The notes under the pieces: model-generated
The model's database searches: none
Told to the model about the DNA's origin: nothing
Seen by the model: the letters and a program-made list of their open reading frames with translations, nothing else
Shown here: in pieces, positions 1 to 8,947 of the stretch
How positions within the stretch are numbered: the stretch's first letter is position 1
Layout: each line of letters starts with the position of its first letter
Source of the DNA: Lachnospiraceae bacterium
Lineage (GTDB): Bacteria; Pseudomonadota; Alphaproteobacteria; RF32; CAG-239
Length of the DNA: 64,000 nt
NCBI GenBank assembly: GCA_963594125.1
Contig: CAVBCV010000001.1
Coordinates: 746-64,745 of the forward strand
Direction of reading: 5' to 3'
Position numbers and translations under genes: made by a program

Positions 1-9
1 TATGCACAA

Positions 10-55
10 TTCCCATCCTGAGGAGGGGGGACGGCGATATCCGACGGGGTGGTGA
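10..55 (-). repeat. Dispersed GC-hairpin motif (CCCCTCC..GGGG / GGATGGGAA followed by TTTT) in reverse-complement orientation. Related copies lie at 283-310, 383-410, 483-540 and 53661-53710.
   Basis: By eye the reverse complement of 17-55 matches 53661-53708: caccccgtcgg..cc.cccctcc.c.ggatgggaa. Confidence 0.5.
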
Positions 56-97
56 AAATGCATAAAAATATACTTATTAGAATTGAAAGTGGTGTTT

Positions 98-190
98 CCC
101 CTTTCTGTCACACTCCGATCCGAAGGGAGTGTCCAGGTAAGGTAAATTAGTTAATTTGTGGTACCTGGATTATCGGGTCAAGCCCGATAA
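98..190 (+). repeat. Copy 1 of a structured element of about 93 nt, a candidate small RNA or palindromic repeat element. A diverged second copy lies at 53861-53954 on the minus strand.
   Basis: Aligns to the reverse complement of 53861-53954: cccctttctgtcacactccga, ggagtgtccaggt, aaattag, aatttgt and tcgggtcaagcccga are shared. Two hairpins are conserved with compensatory substitutions: cactcc/ggagtg against cactccga/tcggagtg, and ttatcggg-tcaag-cccgataa against tattcggg-tcaag-cccgaata. Confidence 0.55.
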
Positions 191-265
191 TGACGGCATA
201 CAGGCGAACTTTAGTTTCACGTCAGATGATTACTACACAGAAGTGAACGCATAATGCGATTAAAT

Positions 266-540
266 GACCACCCCGCCTTTCGGCACCCCTCCATAGTGGG
301 GAATTTTATATTTCAGGTTTTATAATAGAAAAACAACCACTTAACGCATTGTTAGATAGGTTTGTGACCACCCCGCCTTTCGGCACCCCTCCACAGAGGG
401 GAATTTTATATTTCAGGTTTTATAATATAAAAACAACCGCTTAACGCGTTGTCAGATTGGTTTGTGACCACCCTGCCTTCGCCACCCCTCCATAGAGGGG
501 AATTTATATAGCGGCGGCGTCATAGAGGGGAATTTTTAAT
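266..540 (+). repeat. Tandem direct repeat with a period of exactly 100 bp in about 2.75 copies. Each unit starts with the GC hairpin cccctcc-N3/4-gagggg plus aatttt and continues with an AT-rich tail.
   Basis: The string gaccaccccgcctttcggcacccctcca begins at 266, 366 and 466. Units 1 and 2 are nearly identical; unit 3 is truncated and rearranged. Confidence 0.85.
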
Positions 541-545
541 GGTGA

Positions 546-1076
546 TTAGCCGAACACCTGTTTAACCAAGCGGTTATATTCAGCGTATTCGGCGGTATTT
601 TTTAACTCATCAAAGCAAGCCGCCAAACCGCGATAATACCAGCCTTGCAGATTTTTATCTTTAACGTTAAATCTTTCCCAAACCTTATTGCCGAAAGCGG
701 CATAGTCATGCGCCATAGAACGCATATTAGATAGCTTATCGCCCATAGCGATAATTTTAACATCTCTCGGCTCATTTTTAAGCGTGTTAATAGTATGCGA
801 TTTGCGTTCTAACCATGTTTTGGTTTTATCCTCGCTCTCATGATTGACTAAATCAGCAATTCGGGCGCCAAATTCACGCTTTATATCATCATAAGTAACG
901 TCGGTATCTTCAATGGTATCATGCAAAATTGCCGCAATCATTAAATCTTGGTCGTTGCTTAGGCGCGCCACTATCGCCGCCGCTTCTAACGGGTGCAAAA
1001 TAAACGGAATGTCTGAGCCTTTGCGAGTGGCTCCGGCGTGCGCTTCCGCCGCAAATTTTATGGCTTTATTTATCAT
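546..1076 (-). CDS. SpoT/RelA-type HD-domain protein of 176 aa, a small alarmone hydrolase-like (p)ppGpp pyrophosphohydrolase similar to Mesh1.
   Basis: Contains the HD motif HPLEAAAIVA...AAILHDTIEDT, the typical size of a single-domain HD protein, and the SpoT-like FG..VA.LV segment. Confidence 0.7.
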   Translation of the reverse strand: MINKAIKFAAEAHAGATRKGSDIPFILHPLEAAAIVARLSNDQDLMIAAILHDTIEDTDVTYDDIKREFGARIADLVNHESEDKTKTWLERKSHTINTLKNEPRDVKIIAMGDKLSNMRSMAHDYAAFGNKVWERFNVKDKNLQGWYYRGLAACFDELKNTAEYAEYNRLVKQVFG

Positions 1077-1098
1077 TTAGTCCTCCATGCTTTTATCA

Positions 1099-1728
1099 CT
1101 ATAATTGTTTTACAAACGCTGACAGCGCGTTAATTTGTGCTTCAAACTCTTTACGGGTGAATACCGTTTCAGCTTCATCAGAGTTGCCGATTGAGTGCAA
1201 AATATATTTGTTCACTTTTTTAAGCGCCTGCCTATAAAGCGGATTTTGAATAGCGGAAATATAGAGCTCGTCAACTAAATCAGCATATTCCGGAGCGTGG
1301 CGGTTTACGGGCGTTCCCTGCCAATATAAAACGCCGGCTTTTCGCCAATCATAATCGCTTGCCTGCCGCACATGGTAAGCATCGGTGCCGCTGTATGTAA
1401 AGATTAAGCGTTGAACATCAGGGTCAGGAAACTTCAGCCCCTGAAAAAACGCCTCAATGCTATAAAGTTCGTGCCCCTTAAACCAAAACCGGTACGGAAA
1501 CAGGTTTGAGAGCACTTTAGAAGCGGACGATTTAACTTTATAACCCACATTTAACCATTCATCACATTCGGGAATAGTTTTGCCTTCAGCATCAATTAGC
1601 GGCTTACCTTTACAATATAAAACCCCGTCTGTTTCCGTTAAATCGGCAAATTCAAAGCGGTAGTTTTGCTTAAATTTCTTAAATTCCGCCAGCTCTTGGC
1701 TGATTTTATTTTGCAACTCGTCCATCAT
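1099..1728 (-). CDS. NADAR (YbiA-like, DUF1768) domain protein of 209 aa, a predicted N-glycosidase or ADP-ribose-related hydrolase.
   Basis: The motif LSNLFPYRFWFKGHELYSIEAFFQGLKF parallels the E. coli YbiA core FSNF...W.TSEHYFQAQKF, and AGVLYWQG parallels AYWGDG. It sits 22 bp upstream of the HD gene in an operon-like arrangement. Confidence 0.6.
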   Translation of the reverse strand: MMDELQNKISQELAEFKKFKQNYRFEFADLTETDGVLYCKGKPLIDAEGKTIPECDEWLNVGYKVKSSASKVLSNLFPYRFWFKGHELYSIEAFFQGLKFPDPDVQRLIFTYSGTDAYHVRQASDYDWRKAGVLYWQGTPVNRHAPEYADLVDELYISAIQNPLYRQALKKVNKYILHSIGNSDEAETVFTRKEFEAQINALSAFVKQL

Positions 1729-1872
1729 TAGCCTTTCATATTAAAAAACAAAAATACCGTACCATAATTTTTTGATAAAATAAAGCCAGAAAACAAAAAT
1801 ATACTTGAAATGCAAATTTTATCTTGTAGTATATTATAATAAAAAAATACACTCTATATAACAGGAAATAAA

Positions 1873-3174
1873 ATGGAACCAACGGACGTAAAAAATAATC
1901 AAATTGATTTAGCAAAAAGTTCAACAAATAAGCTTTCTTTTAATGTTTGGGCCTTTCTGCTTTCGCCTCTTTATTATTTTTATAAAGGATTGGCCGGATA
2001 TTTTATTTTGTTTACATTTTTGCCAGTTATTCTCTTAATTCCTTTTTTATTTTTCCACGCTATTGAAGTTGCAGATACCAGAAAATTAATTATTGCAACA
2101 TGTTTCTTGGTTTCACACATTTTTGCCGGCTTTGTAGCAAATCCGGCTAATAAAAAATATCAAGAGAATTATATTAAAAAACATGGCGCCATAAATATAG
2201 ATAAAGAGGTTGAGTATTTTGCAATATCAGTACCGCGTTTGGTAATATGCACAATTTTAACCAGCGGATTATATACTGTTTATTGGGGTTTTAAAAACTG
2301 GAACAATTATCAAAAAACCACCAATGACGATGTAAATCCTTATCTGCGCGCTTGGTTTTTTGATTGGACAGCTGTCAGCTTGTTTTCAAATATAAAACGC
2401 ACCGTAAAAGATAATAAACCTTACGTATTTTATGGACTGATGTGTCTTTTGATATTTTTAGCTAATTTACTAACATCAGAAATTGTCTCTAAAAATTTAT
2501 TAAGTAATCAAAATGCCTTTATAATTTTGTTAGTTTCGCTTGTGCTTATGTTTATATATCCATTTTGTATTGTTCCGGTACAAAAGTCCATCAATAAATA
2601 TACAACCGAAATATTAAAAAAGCCGCTTGATAATCATTTTTACCCTTGGGAAAAAGTTATTATTACTTTGGGCATTGCCGTAAATATCATTAGCTTTTGT
2701 TCTGGTTTTATTGATGGAAGCAATGCGTTTATCAGCCAAGAAGAGGCCAGAAAAATTATGTCTTCCACAGCCTTTATATATAAACATACCAAAGCATATC
2801 CTGCGTTTTGTAAACAAGAAAATTATATTTTGCTGCAATATCCTAAAGACTTTAACTCTTTCTTTTCAGAAGAAATAAACAACTTTACTTCTTTTCTTAA
2901 CAGCAAAGGATATTCTTTAGAAATGGCAGAAAGCGAAATAATTACGCCTCAAATACAAAACGAGTTGAACAAATATGTATATGAGGATTTAGAGTCATTA
3001 AGAAAAATTTTAATTGCTGAAAAATACGATATACCTGAAGAAAATATAAAATCAGGAAGCGAATATGATTCAGCCCTTACATTAAGAGATACCTGCGAAT
3101 TTATAGATAAATATGGAGCAGATATTTTACAAAACACTCAAATAAGATACTTTTTTAAGAACAATACTTTATAA
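1873..3174 (+). CDS. Multi-pass membrane protein of 433 aa. The N-terminal region resembles DUF2628-type repeats (FNVWAFLLSPLYYFYKG and YTVYWGFKNW).
   Basis: Long ORF with the RBS aggaaa 7 nt upstream of the ATG and a TTGAAA-N16-TAGTAT promoter-like sequence at about 1805-1833. Several hydrophobic helices are visible. Confidence 0.55.
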   Translation: MEPTDVKNNQIDLAKSSTNKLSFNVWAFLLSPLYYFYKGLAGYFILFTFLPVILLIPFLFFHAIEVADTRKLIIATCFLVSHIFAGFVANPANKKYQENYIKKHGAINIDKEVEYFAISVPRLVICTILTSGLYTVYWGFKNWNNYQKTTNDDVNPYLRAWFFDWTAVSLFSNIKRTVKDNKPYVFYGLMCLLIFLANLLTSEIVSKNLLSNQNAFIILLVSLVLMFIYPFCIVPVQKSINKYTTEILKKPLDNHFYPWEKVIITLGIAVNIISFCSGFIDGSNAFISQEEARKIMSSTAFIYKHTKAYPAFCKQENYILLQYPKDFNSFFSEEINNFTSFLNSKGYSLEMAESEIITPQIQNELNKYVYEDLESLRKILIAEKYDIPEENIKSGSEYDSALTLRDTCEFIDKYGADILQNTQIRYFFKNNTL

Positions 3175-4536
3175 TCAGTATCCGACAATTTGTTCCATTT
3201 TTTTAATGCCGGTCGGGGCAACCATGGCAATTACAATATCGCCATCATTAATTTGTTCAGCGGTTGGGGCAAAAACAACTTTTTCATCTTGTATCAGGGC
3301 GGCGATTTTGCAACGTTCCGGCAAAATAAAGTCAGAAACTCGGCGGCCGGCAAGCGGGCTGTTTTCATTTACTTTAAGTTCCCAAACCTCACTGAAGCCC
3401 CGCCCCAAAGAATAAGCGTTATACAAGTTGGCTTTGCGGATATCCTGCAAAATTTTTGAAATGGTGACGGTGGAGCGGTCAACGATTATGTTATCGCCGA
3501 TGTTGTCAATTAAATCGTCATACGCGCGCGAATTTACCAACGACACCGTGGCGCAAATGTGATTATGCTTAGCAAGTAATGAAGCCAACAAATTGTCTTT
3601 ATCCTGCGGGGTTACGGCAATGGTCATATCGGCGGAATCAATACCGGCATCGCGCAAAATAACATCGCTCATCATCTCGCCCTGAATCACCACGGTTTTT
3701 TCAAGCGTACCGGCTATTTTTTGGGCATTGGCGGCATCTGCGGTAATAATTTTACAGCTCAAAATGTTGTCATCGTCTTCAAGCGTTTGCGCAATGTCAT
3801 AAGCAATGGCGTTGCTGCCGAAAATTACAATATTTTCATTGTTTTTTTGCCCGACGCCAAAGCCTGCTATTAAACTTTCAATATCTTCAGTTGCCGCCAA
3901 AACATAAATTTCATCGCCTGATTTAAATTCTTCATCGGCTTTAGGATAAAAATTTACATTATCGCGCACAATCTGCGCAATTAAAAAATTAATCTCGCGG
4001 AAGTTTTCATAAATTTCAGCAATTTTAAAGCCAAACAGCGGGCAAGCGCCGGAGCACTTAAAGCTAACCAATGTAAGCCTTTTATCCGCTAACGGGTATA
4101 CCTCGCGGCTGCCGGAAAGTTTTATCAGCCGCAAAATAGTTTCGGCAATTTCCATATCGGGCGAAATAGCCAAGTCCACCGGCATATTTTTTTCATTAAA
4201 CAGCGTGTTCCAGAGCGGACTTAAAAAATATTCCGAATCAATGCGGGCAATTTTTTTAGGAATGTTAAACAGCGAGTAACCAACCTGACAAGCCACCATA
4301 TTAACCTCGTCATTGTTGGTGGCGGCAATTAAAATATCTGCCTTTTCCGCGCCGATTTTTTCTTGCACTTCAGGGTGCGAAATGGAACCTAAAACCGGCT
4401 GAATATCAAACTCGCGCGAAATTTCATTGAGGCGGTCTTGATTTATATCAACCACCACAATGTCATTGTTGCCGCGGCTTAAATAATCAACAATACTGCG
4501 TCCGACGCTGCCGGCGCCGCCAACAATAATTTTCAT
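3175..4536 (-). CDS. trkA: Trk potassium uptake system NAD-binding protein TrkA, 453 aa.
   Basis: N-terminal Rossmann motif MKIIVGGAGSVGRS, a two-lobed length of about 450 aa, and a second NAD-binding repeat (IVIFGSNAIAYDIA). Confidence 0.85.
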   Translation of the reverse strand: MKIIVGGAGSVGRSIVDYLSRGNNDIVVVDINQDRLNEISREFDIQPVLGSISHPEVQEKIGAEKADILIAATNNDEVNMVACQVGYSLFNIPKKIARIDSEYFLSPLWNTLFNEKNMPVDLAISPDMEIAETILRLIKLSGSREVYPLADKRLTLVSFKCSGACPLFGFKIAEIYENFREINFLIAQIVRDNVNFYPKADEEFKSGDEIYVLAATEDIESLIAGFGVGQKNNENIVIFGSNAIAYDIAQTLEDDDNILSCKIITADAANAQKIAGTLEKTVVIQGEMMSDVILRDAGIDSADMTIAVTPQDKDNLLASLLAKHNHICATVSLVNSRAYDDLIDNIGDNIIVDRSTVTISKILQDIRKANLYNAYSLGRGFSEVWELKVNENSPLAGRRVSDFILPERCKIAALIQDEKVVFAPTAEQINDGDIVIAMVAPTGIKKMEQIVGY

Positions 4537-5507
4537 TACTCTTCCTCCCCGTTTTGATCAAAATAGGCATTAATTTCAGCAACTGCGGTTTGATAATCAT
4601 TTATCTTCATATAATTTTCGCGGAAACGTTTGGCATCGCGAAAGTTTTTAGAATACCAACACACATATTTGCGTGAGAGCGCCAACGCTAATTTTTCGCC
4701 GTAATATGCGGTTAAAAGCGATATATGCTCTAATAAGGTGTTTTTAACCTCTTGCGCAGGCTGTTTTTGCGGCAGCGCACCGGTTTTTAAATATTTTGCA
4801 ATCTCGCCGGTAAGCCACGGAGCGCCCAATGCCGCGCGCCCTATCATCACCCCATCGCAGCCGGTTTGTTTTATCATTGCCTCAGCCGATTGCGGAGAGG
4901 TTACGTCGCCATTGCCAACCACCGGAATTTTTACCGCCGACTTTACCTCTTTAATAATATTCCAATCGGCAGTGCCGGAATATCCTTGCGCGCGGGTTCT
5001 GCCATGCACGGTAATAAAATCAGCGCCGCTCGCCTCGCACATTTTAGCAAAATCTGCCGCATTAACGCTGCTATTGTCCCAACCTTTGCGAAATTTTACG
5101 CTAACCGGCAATTTTACGACGTTTTTTACGGTTTTGATAATTTTAGCGGCCTGCTCCGGATTTTTCATTAATGCCGAACCGGCGCCGCCGGTAATAATTT
5201 TGCGCACCGGACAACCCATATTTATATCTATTCCGGACGCGCCTAATTCCGCCGCCAGTTGCGCCGCATCGGCAAAGAGCGCCTCATCGGCGCCAACAAG
5301 CTGCACAATTACCGGATACGGCTCATCACGAACATCGGCAATGCGGTAAGTCTTGGCATTTTTACGCGAAAGAGCGTTAATCGCCACCATTTCTGAAATC
5401 AGCGCAACATCATTACCGCTTTTAGCGTGCACCATGCGGCGCATCGGCTTATCGGTAATTCCCGCCATCGGGGCTAAAAAAACTTGTTTGGGCAACGAAC
5501 CAGTCAT
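4536..5507 (-). CDS. dusB: tRNA-dihydrouridine synthase B, Dus/NifR3 family, 323 aa.
   Basis: The start FLAPMAGITDKPMRR and the segments VIVQLVG and NMGCP are typical of the Dus family. Confidence 0.85.
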   Translation of the reverse strand: MTGSLPKQVFLAPMAGITDKPMRRMVHAKSGNDVALISEMVAINALSRKNAKTYRIADVRDEPYPVIVQLVGADEALFADAAQLAAELGASGIDINMGCPVRKIITGGAGSALMKNPEQAAKIIKTVKNVVKLPVSVKFRKGWDNSSVNAADFAKMCEASGADFITVHGRTRAQGYSGTADWNIIKEVKSAVKIPVVGNGDVTSPQSAEAMIKQTGCDGVMIGRAALGAPWLTGEIAKYLKTGALPQKQPAQEVKNTLLEHISLLTAYYGEKLALALSRKYVCWYSKNFRDAKRFRENYMKINDYQTAVAEINAYFDQNGEEE

Positions 5508-5517
5508 TAAAGTTTGC

Positions 5518-7611
5518 CTAATTTATCCGGTCTAACGCGCGGGCGATAACGTAATATATCTTGCCGACATCGGTGTTAGAAAGCATTGCCAGCAGCAACT
5601 CAGGCTTTTCAGCATTGCGCGCCGCCGTCATTAAAGATTCAAAATCACTGATGTAACTATCGGCAATTTTGCGAAAATCGGTGTTTTTTTCGTATTCATC
5701 GCGAATTTTAACAATCTGCTTGCGGCTTAAATTTTTAACCACATAACGGGCAAAAACGCCATGATCGCCGTCATAAAACTTTTTCCAGAGTTCGTCTTCA
5801 TCTTTGTTGAACAGCTTGTTAATATCTATGGAAATATTTTCCAAGTTCTGAATTAAACCGGAAGAACGTTCCAGAAAATTATCGGTGCTTAAATCTTCAT
5901 ATTTCTGTCTGATAGCGGAAAGTTCTTGCTCAGAGTGGGCGCGGCTTTCATTTAACAACTCAACCTGCTTGTTTACCAGACTGCCAAAATCGTCTATCTG
6001 ATTTTTATAAGCGGCAAAAACAGCGGCAGAATTTTCAGCCGTGGCATTTAAGGACTTGCTGATTTGCGCAATTCTGGTTTTAACCTCTTCAATGGTGTTC
6101 AAGGCCTGAGTGATGTGCGCGCTTTGGGTTTCAAGCGTTAAAGCTCCTTCCTTGCCCTTAGCCACAATCACATTAGCGCTTTCAGTCAGCTGCGCCGTGT
6201 TTTTATTAACCTCGCCGCTCACCGCGTTAAACTTATCTATTGCCTCAACCGAACGTAATTTAAGGTCATCAACGTTTTTACCTAAATCAGCGCTAATGCC
6301 GGCAATTTTATGGGTGATTTTTTCCGCAACCGCCTGAATTTCAGTATTTTTATTTTCGGTCTTTTTGATAAAATCATTAAGCTTAGCAAGCTCTGACTCA
6401 AGATTGGTCATAATCTTGGCAATGTTTTTAACCGCTTTATCTGATTTTTGCTCCAAGCTGTTGGTGGCGCCGTCTAAAATGCGGTCAACACCGGCGCGAG
6501 CCTCATTTAAGGCGGTAAGCTGCGCTTTAACGTTGTTTTCAAGGGTTGAGGAGCGGTTAATCATCGCCTCAACTTCCAAACTGATTAAGCGACCATATTC
6601 GCCAAGCCTGCTATCAAGATATGACGAGTTTTTATCAATCAATGCCGACTGTTCAGCCGCCAGCTCTTTATGGGTTTTAAGGCTGTTTTCAATGTGCGAA
6701 ATTCCGCTGTCCAAGCGTTTGTAAATTTCTTCACACCCGTCGGCGGTCTGCAAAAAGGCTTTTTCAAGATTTTTGCCATTGCTTTCAAAAACAGTCGCCA
6801 TATCCTCAATATGCTTACGACCGGCAGCGGCAAAATTTTCAAGTTCAGCATTCGCCTCTGAAATATAGTTTTTATCTTCTTGCAAGGTGTTTTTAAGATA
6901 TTCGGCGGTTGAAACCGTTTCATTAATCAAGGGATTTAGTTCATCAGTTAAGGCGGCGGCATTAGCCTTAAGCTGCTCAGAACTTGCCGCAAAGCGTTCG
7001 GATGACTGTTCGGCAACGGCAGCAACGTTTTGGCAGGCGGCAACCAGTCCGTTTGCGGTTGCGCTTAATTTATCAAGATTGTTACCGGCAAACGCGCTGA
7101 CAGCCTCATTGATTTTAGCAAATTCTTCCGCTTTAACGTAAAGCGCAGATTTTAGCTGCTTGGTTTGTTCCGACATTTCAGCCGCGGCGGCGGTTAATGA
7201 TTTAATTTGTTTTTGCATGGCTTGCGTAATAACATCTGCAAGCATATTGTTGTTTTGCGAGCTCAAAATCTTTTTAAGGCTCTGCTCAACCAGCGAGGCT
7301 TGACTTGCCGCCAACGATGAGCGCTGCAGCCAAACCACCAGCGATACCAAAACGCCCCATGATAAAAACGCGCCAGCCAAGAAGGTTACAAATTCTGTCG
7401 GCAGCAAGGCGGTGATTCCGCTCCAACCTAAAGCAAACTGAATGTATAAAAACAACAACCCAAACCAAACCGCGGTTACAATCAAGAGCGGCTTGCGGGA
7501 ATAATGGTGTTCAGTTTGTTCCGGCTTAGCAAAGGGAATCACGTTAGAAACAGTCGGTTCTTTTTGCAAAAACTCAGGTATATCTTTATTTTCAGTGGGC
7601 ACAATATTCAT
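5518..7611 (-). CDS. Membrane-anchored long coiled-coil protein of 697 aa. It has two N-terminal TM helices followed by an apolipoprotein-like alpha-helical repeat region. Function unknown.
   Basis: Hydrophobic segments LLIVTAVWFGLLFLYIQFALGW and FLAGAFLSWGVLVSLVVWL are followed by about 500 aa rich in A/E/K/L/Q/N heptad-like sequence. Confidence 0.55.
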   Translation of the reverse strand: MNIVPTENKDIPEFLQKEPTVSNVIPFAKPEQTEHHYSRKPLLIVTAVWFGLLFLYIQFALGWSGITALLPTEFVTFLAGAFLSWGVLVSLVVWLQRSSLAASQASLVEQSLKKILSSQNNNMLADVITQAMQKQIKSLTAAAAEMSEQTKQLKSALYVKAEEFAKINEAVSAFAGNNLDKLSATANGLVAACQNVAAVAEQSSERFAASSEQLKANAAALTDELNPLINETVSTAEYLKNTLQEDKNYISEANAELENFAAAGRKHIEDMATVFESNGKNLEKAFLQTADGCEEIYKRLDSGISHIENSLKTHKELAAEQSALIDKNSSYLDSRLGEYGRLISLEVEAMINRSSTLENNVKAQLTALNEARAGVDRILDGATNSLEQKSDKAVKNIAKIMTNLESELAKLNDFIKKTENKNTEIQAVAEKITHKIAGISADLGKNVDDLKLRSVEAIDKFNAVSGEVNKNTAQLTESANVIVAKGKEGALTLETQSAHITQALNTIEEVKTRIAQISKSLNATAENSAAVFAAYKNQIDDFGSLVNKQVELLNESRAHSEQELSAIRQKYEDLSTDNFLERSSGLIQNLENISIDINKLFNKDEDELWKKFYDGDHGVFARYVVKNLSRKQIVKIRDEYEKNTDFRKIADSYISDFESLMTAARNAEKPELLLAMLSNTDVGKIYYVIARALDRIN

Positions 7612-7799
7612 ATTTTCAGACCTTAAAATTAACTATTGGCGTTTACATTATATGCTGTTTTGTTTTAATTTAAACATCAAAATAACTATCCACAGCCTTT
7701 ATATAGCAGGAAAAATAAAAAAATGCAAAAAATACAAAAAAAGTGTTGATTTTTAAAAAATGATTAGGTATGTTACTTTTCGCATGATGAATTAAACAT

Positions 7800-7874
7800 G
7801 CCGCTGTAGCTCAGTGGTAGAGCACGTCATTGGTAATGACGGGGTCGCAAGTCCGATTCTTGCCAGCGGCACCA
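7800..7874 (+). tRNA. tRNA-Thr with anticodon GGU.
   Basis: The sequence folds by hand into a cloverleaf. The acceptor arm is gccgctg/cagcggc, the D arm gctc-agtggta-gagc, the anticodon arm cgtca-ttGGTaa-tgacg, and the T arm gcaag-tccgatt-cttgc, followed by the discriminator a and an encoded CCA. Confidence 0.9.
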
Positions 7875-8906
7875 TTTATCAGTTTCAGCCGTTTTGATGA
7901 GTTCGTCAAACGGCTTATTTATTGAAAAACATAGATTTTTTCCTTCAATTTTGCAGTCCGATAAAATCAATCTCAAAATCTCTTTTTTCGTGCCAAGAAT
8001 CGGACTTTCTAGAAAAACACCAATATTTGCCGCCACTTCCGCAATATTTGCCAATATTTCATCGGTTTCCGTATCAATCTCAAGATACTTGTCCATATCT
8101 TTTTGCAGCTTTTCTTTTTCAAGCTCAATTTCAGCTTTCAGTTCATTATACATCTTTTCATCACATTTGCCTTGAATATAGCCGCGGAATAAGGCTTTTG
8201 CTTGTTCATCAAGTTCATTTATCTTGATTGTGACATTTCGTTTCAGAGCCGTTGTGTTGTTATTTTCATCTTTGAGCTGTCTTTTAACTTCAGACTTGAT
8301 ATTTCTTAACATATCGTCGCTGATGTTGATAGGTAAACAAAGCTCTTTTTCAAGTTGGGCAAGAATTTTGGCTTCATTAACCGGTTTTTGACTACATTTT
8401 GAACGGAGTTTATTACATTTAAGATAATTATAAAAATGGTTTTCATCTTTTACCTTGGTTTCACAAGTCATTAAACTTCCGCAACAGCCGCATCTCACCA
8501 TTCCGCTAAATAAATATTGCTTATCACCATAATACAATTTGCTTGGCGCGCGTTTTCGCCCTTCCATGGTCTCTTGCACAATGCGGAACAGATTTTCATC
8601 AATCAAACGCGGATAGTTATGTTTATAGGTTTTGCCTTTATTGATAAAGTATCCTATATAAAACGGATTTTTTAAGATATTTTGCACTTGCGCTCGGCTG
8701 ATGGTCTTATTAACCGTGCACATTTTGGAAGACAAGCCCAAAGTCCTTGCTAAATTTGTAATATCCTGCAAAGTGCGTCCGCCTTTGGCATATTCTTCAA
8801 AAAGTCTTATAACCTTAGGCGCTCTATCCGGATCAATCACAATATCAGCCGGCGTTGTTTTGGTTTTGGGTATATTCAGATACCCAACAGGTGATGTTTC
8901 GTGCAA
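7827..8906 (-). pseudogene. Remnant of a large serine recombinase. The recombinase domain, the zinc beta-ribbon (CGCCGSLMTCE) and the coiled-coil are present, but the N-terminal resolvase catalytic domain is missing. The 3' end reads into tRNA-Thr.
   Basis: The ORF starts at PVGY of the recombinase domain with no YxRVSTxxQ catalytic region upstream; only about 130 bp separate it from the SMR promoter. The last 16 codons (WCRWQESDLRPRHYQ) are the reverse complement of the tRNA 3' half, which is the typical att arrangement. Confidence 0.7.
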
Positions 8907-8919
8907 ATTTTAAACATTG

Positions 8920-8947
8920 TTGACACAGGATAAATACTCGCTATAAT
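8920..8947 (+). promoter_or_regulatory. Near-consensus sigma70-like promoter (TTGACA-N16-TATAAT) upstream of the SMR gene, leaving a 5' UTR of about 120 nt.
   Basis: ttgaca at 8920-8925 and tataat at 8942-8947. Confidence 0.6.

Noticed and set aside
266-540. Possible CRISPR array
   Set aside because: The repeat unit is 100 bp in direct tandem with no unique spacers between units and no cas genes nearby. It is a simple tandem repeat.
1099-1728. Possible toxic small alarmone synthetase (toxSAS) partner of the downstream HD hydrolase
   Set aside because: No RelA/SpoT synthetase motifs (the RxKxxxSxxxK, DxxG.R or ExQIRT regions) are present. The protein instead matches the NADAR/YbiA core.
1736-1927. 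63-aa minus-strand ORF rich in F/Y/L/I
   Set aside because: It lies in the AT-rich promoter and intergenic region between divergent genes and overlaps the start of the + strand gene. It is a composition artefact.
3190-3459. Small + strand ORFs inside trkA. Similar antisense ORFs occur inside dusB, the coiled-coil gene, the ABC exporters, radA, tolQ and others.
   Set aside because: They lie fully inside well-supported longer genes on the opposite strand, have no RBS and have biased composition. They are typical antisense ORF noise.
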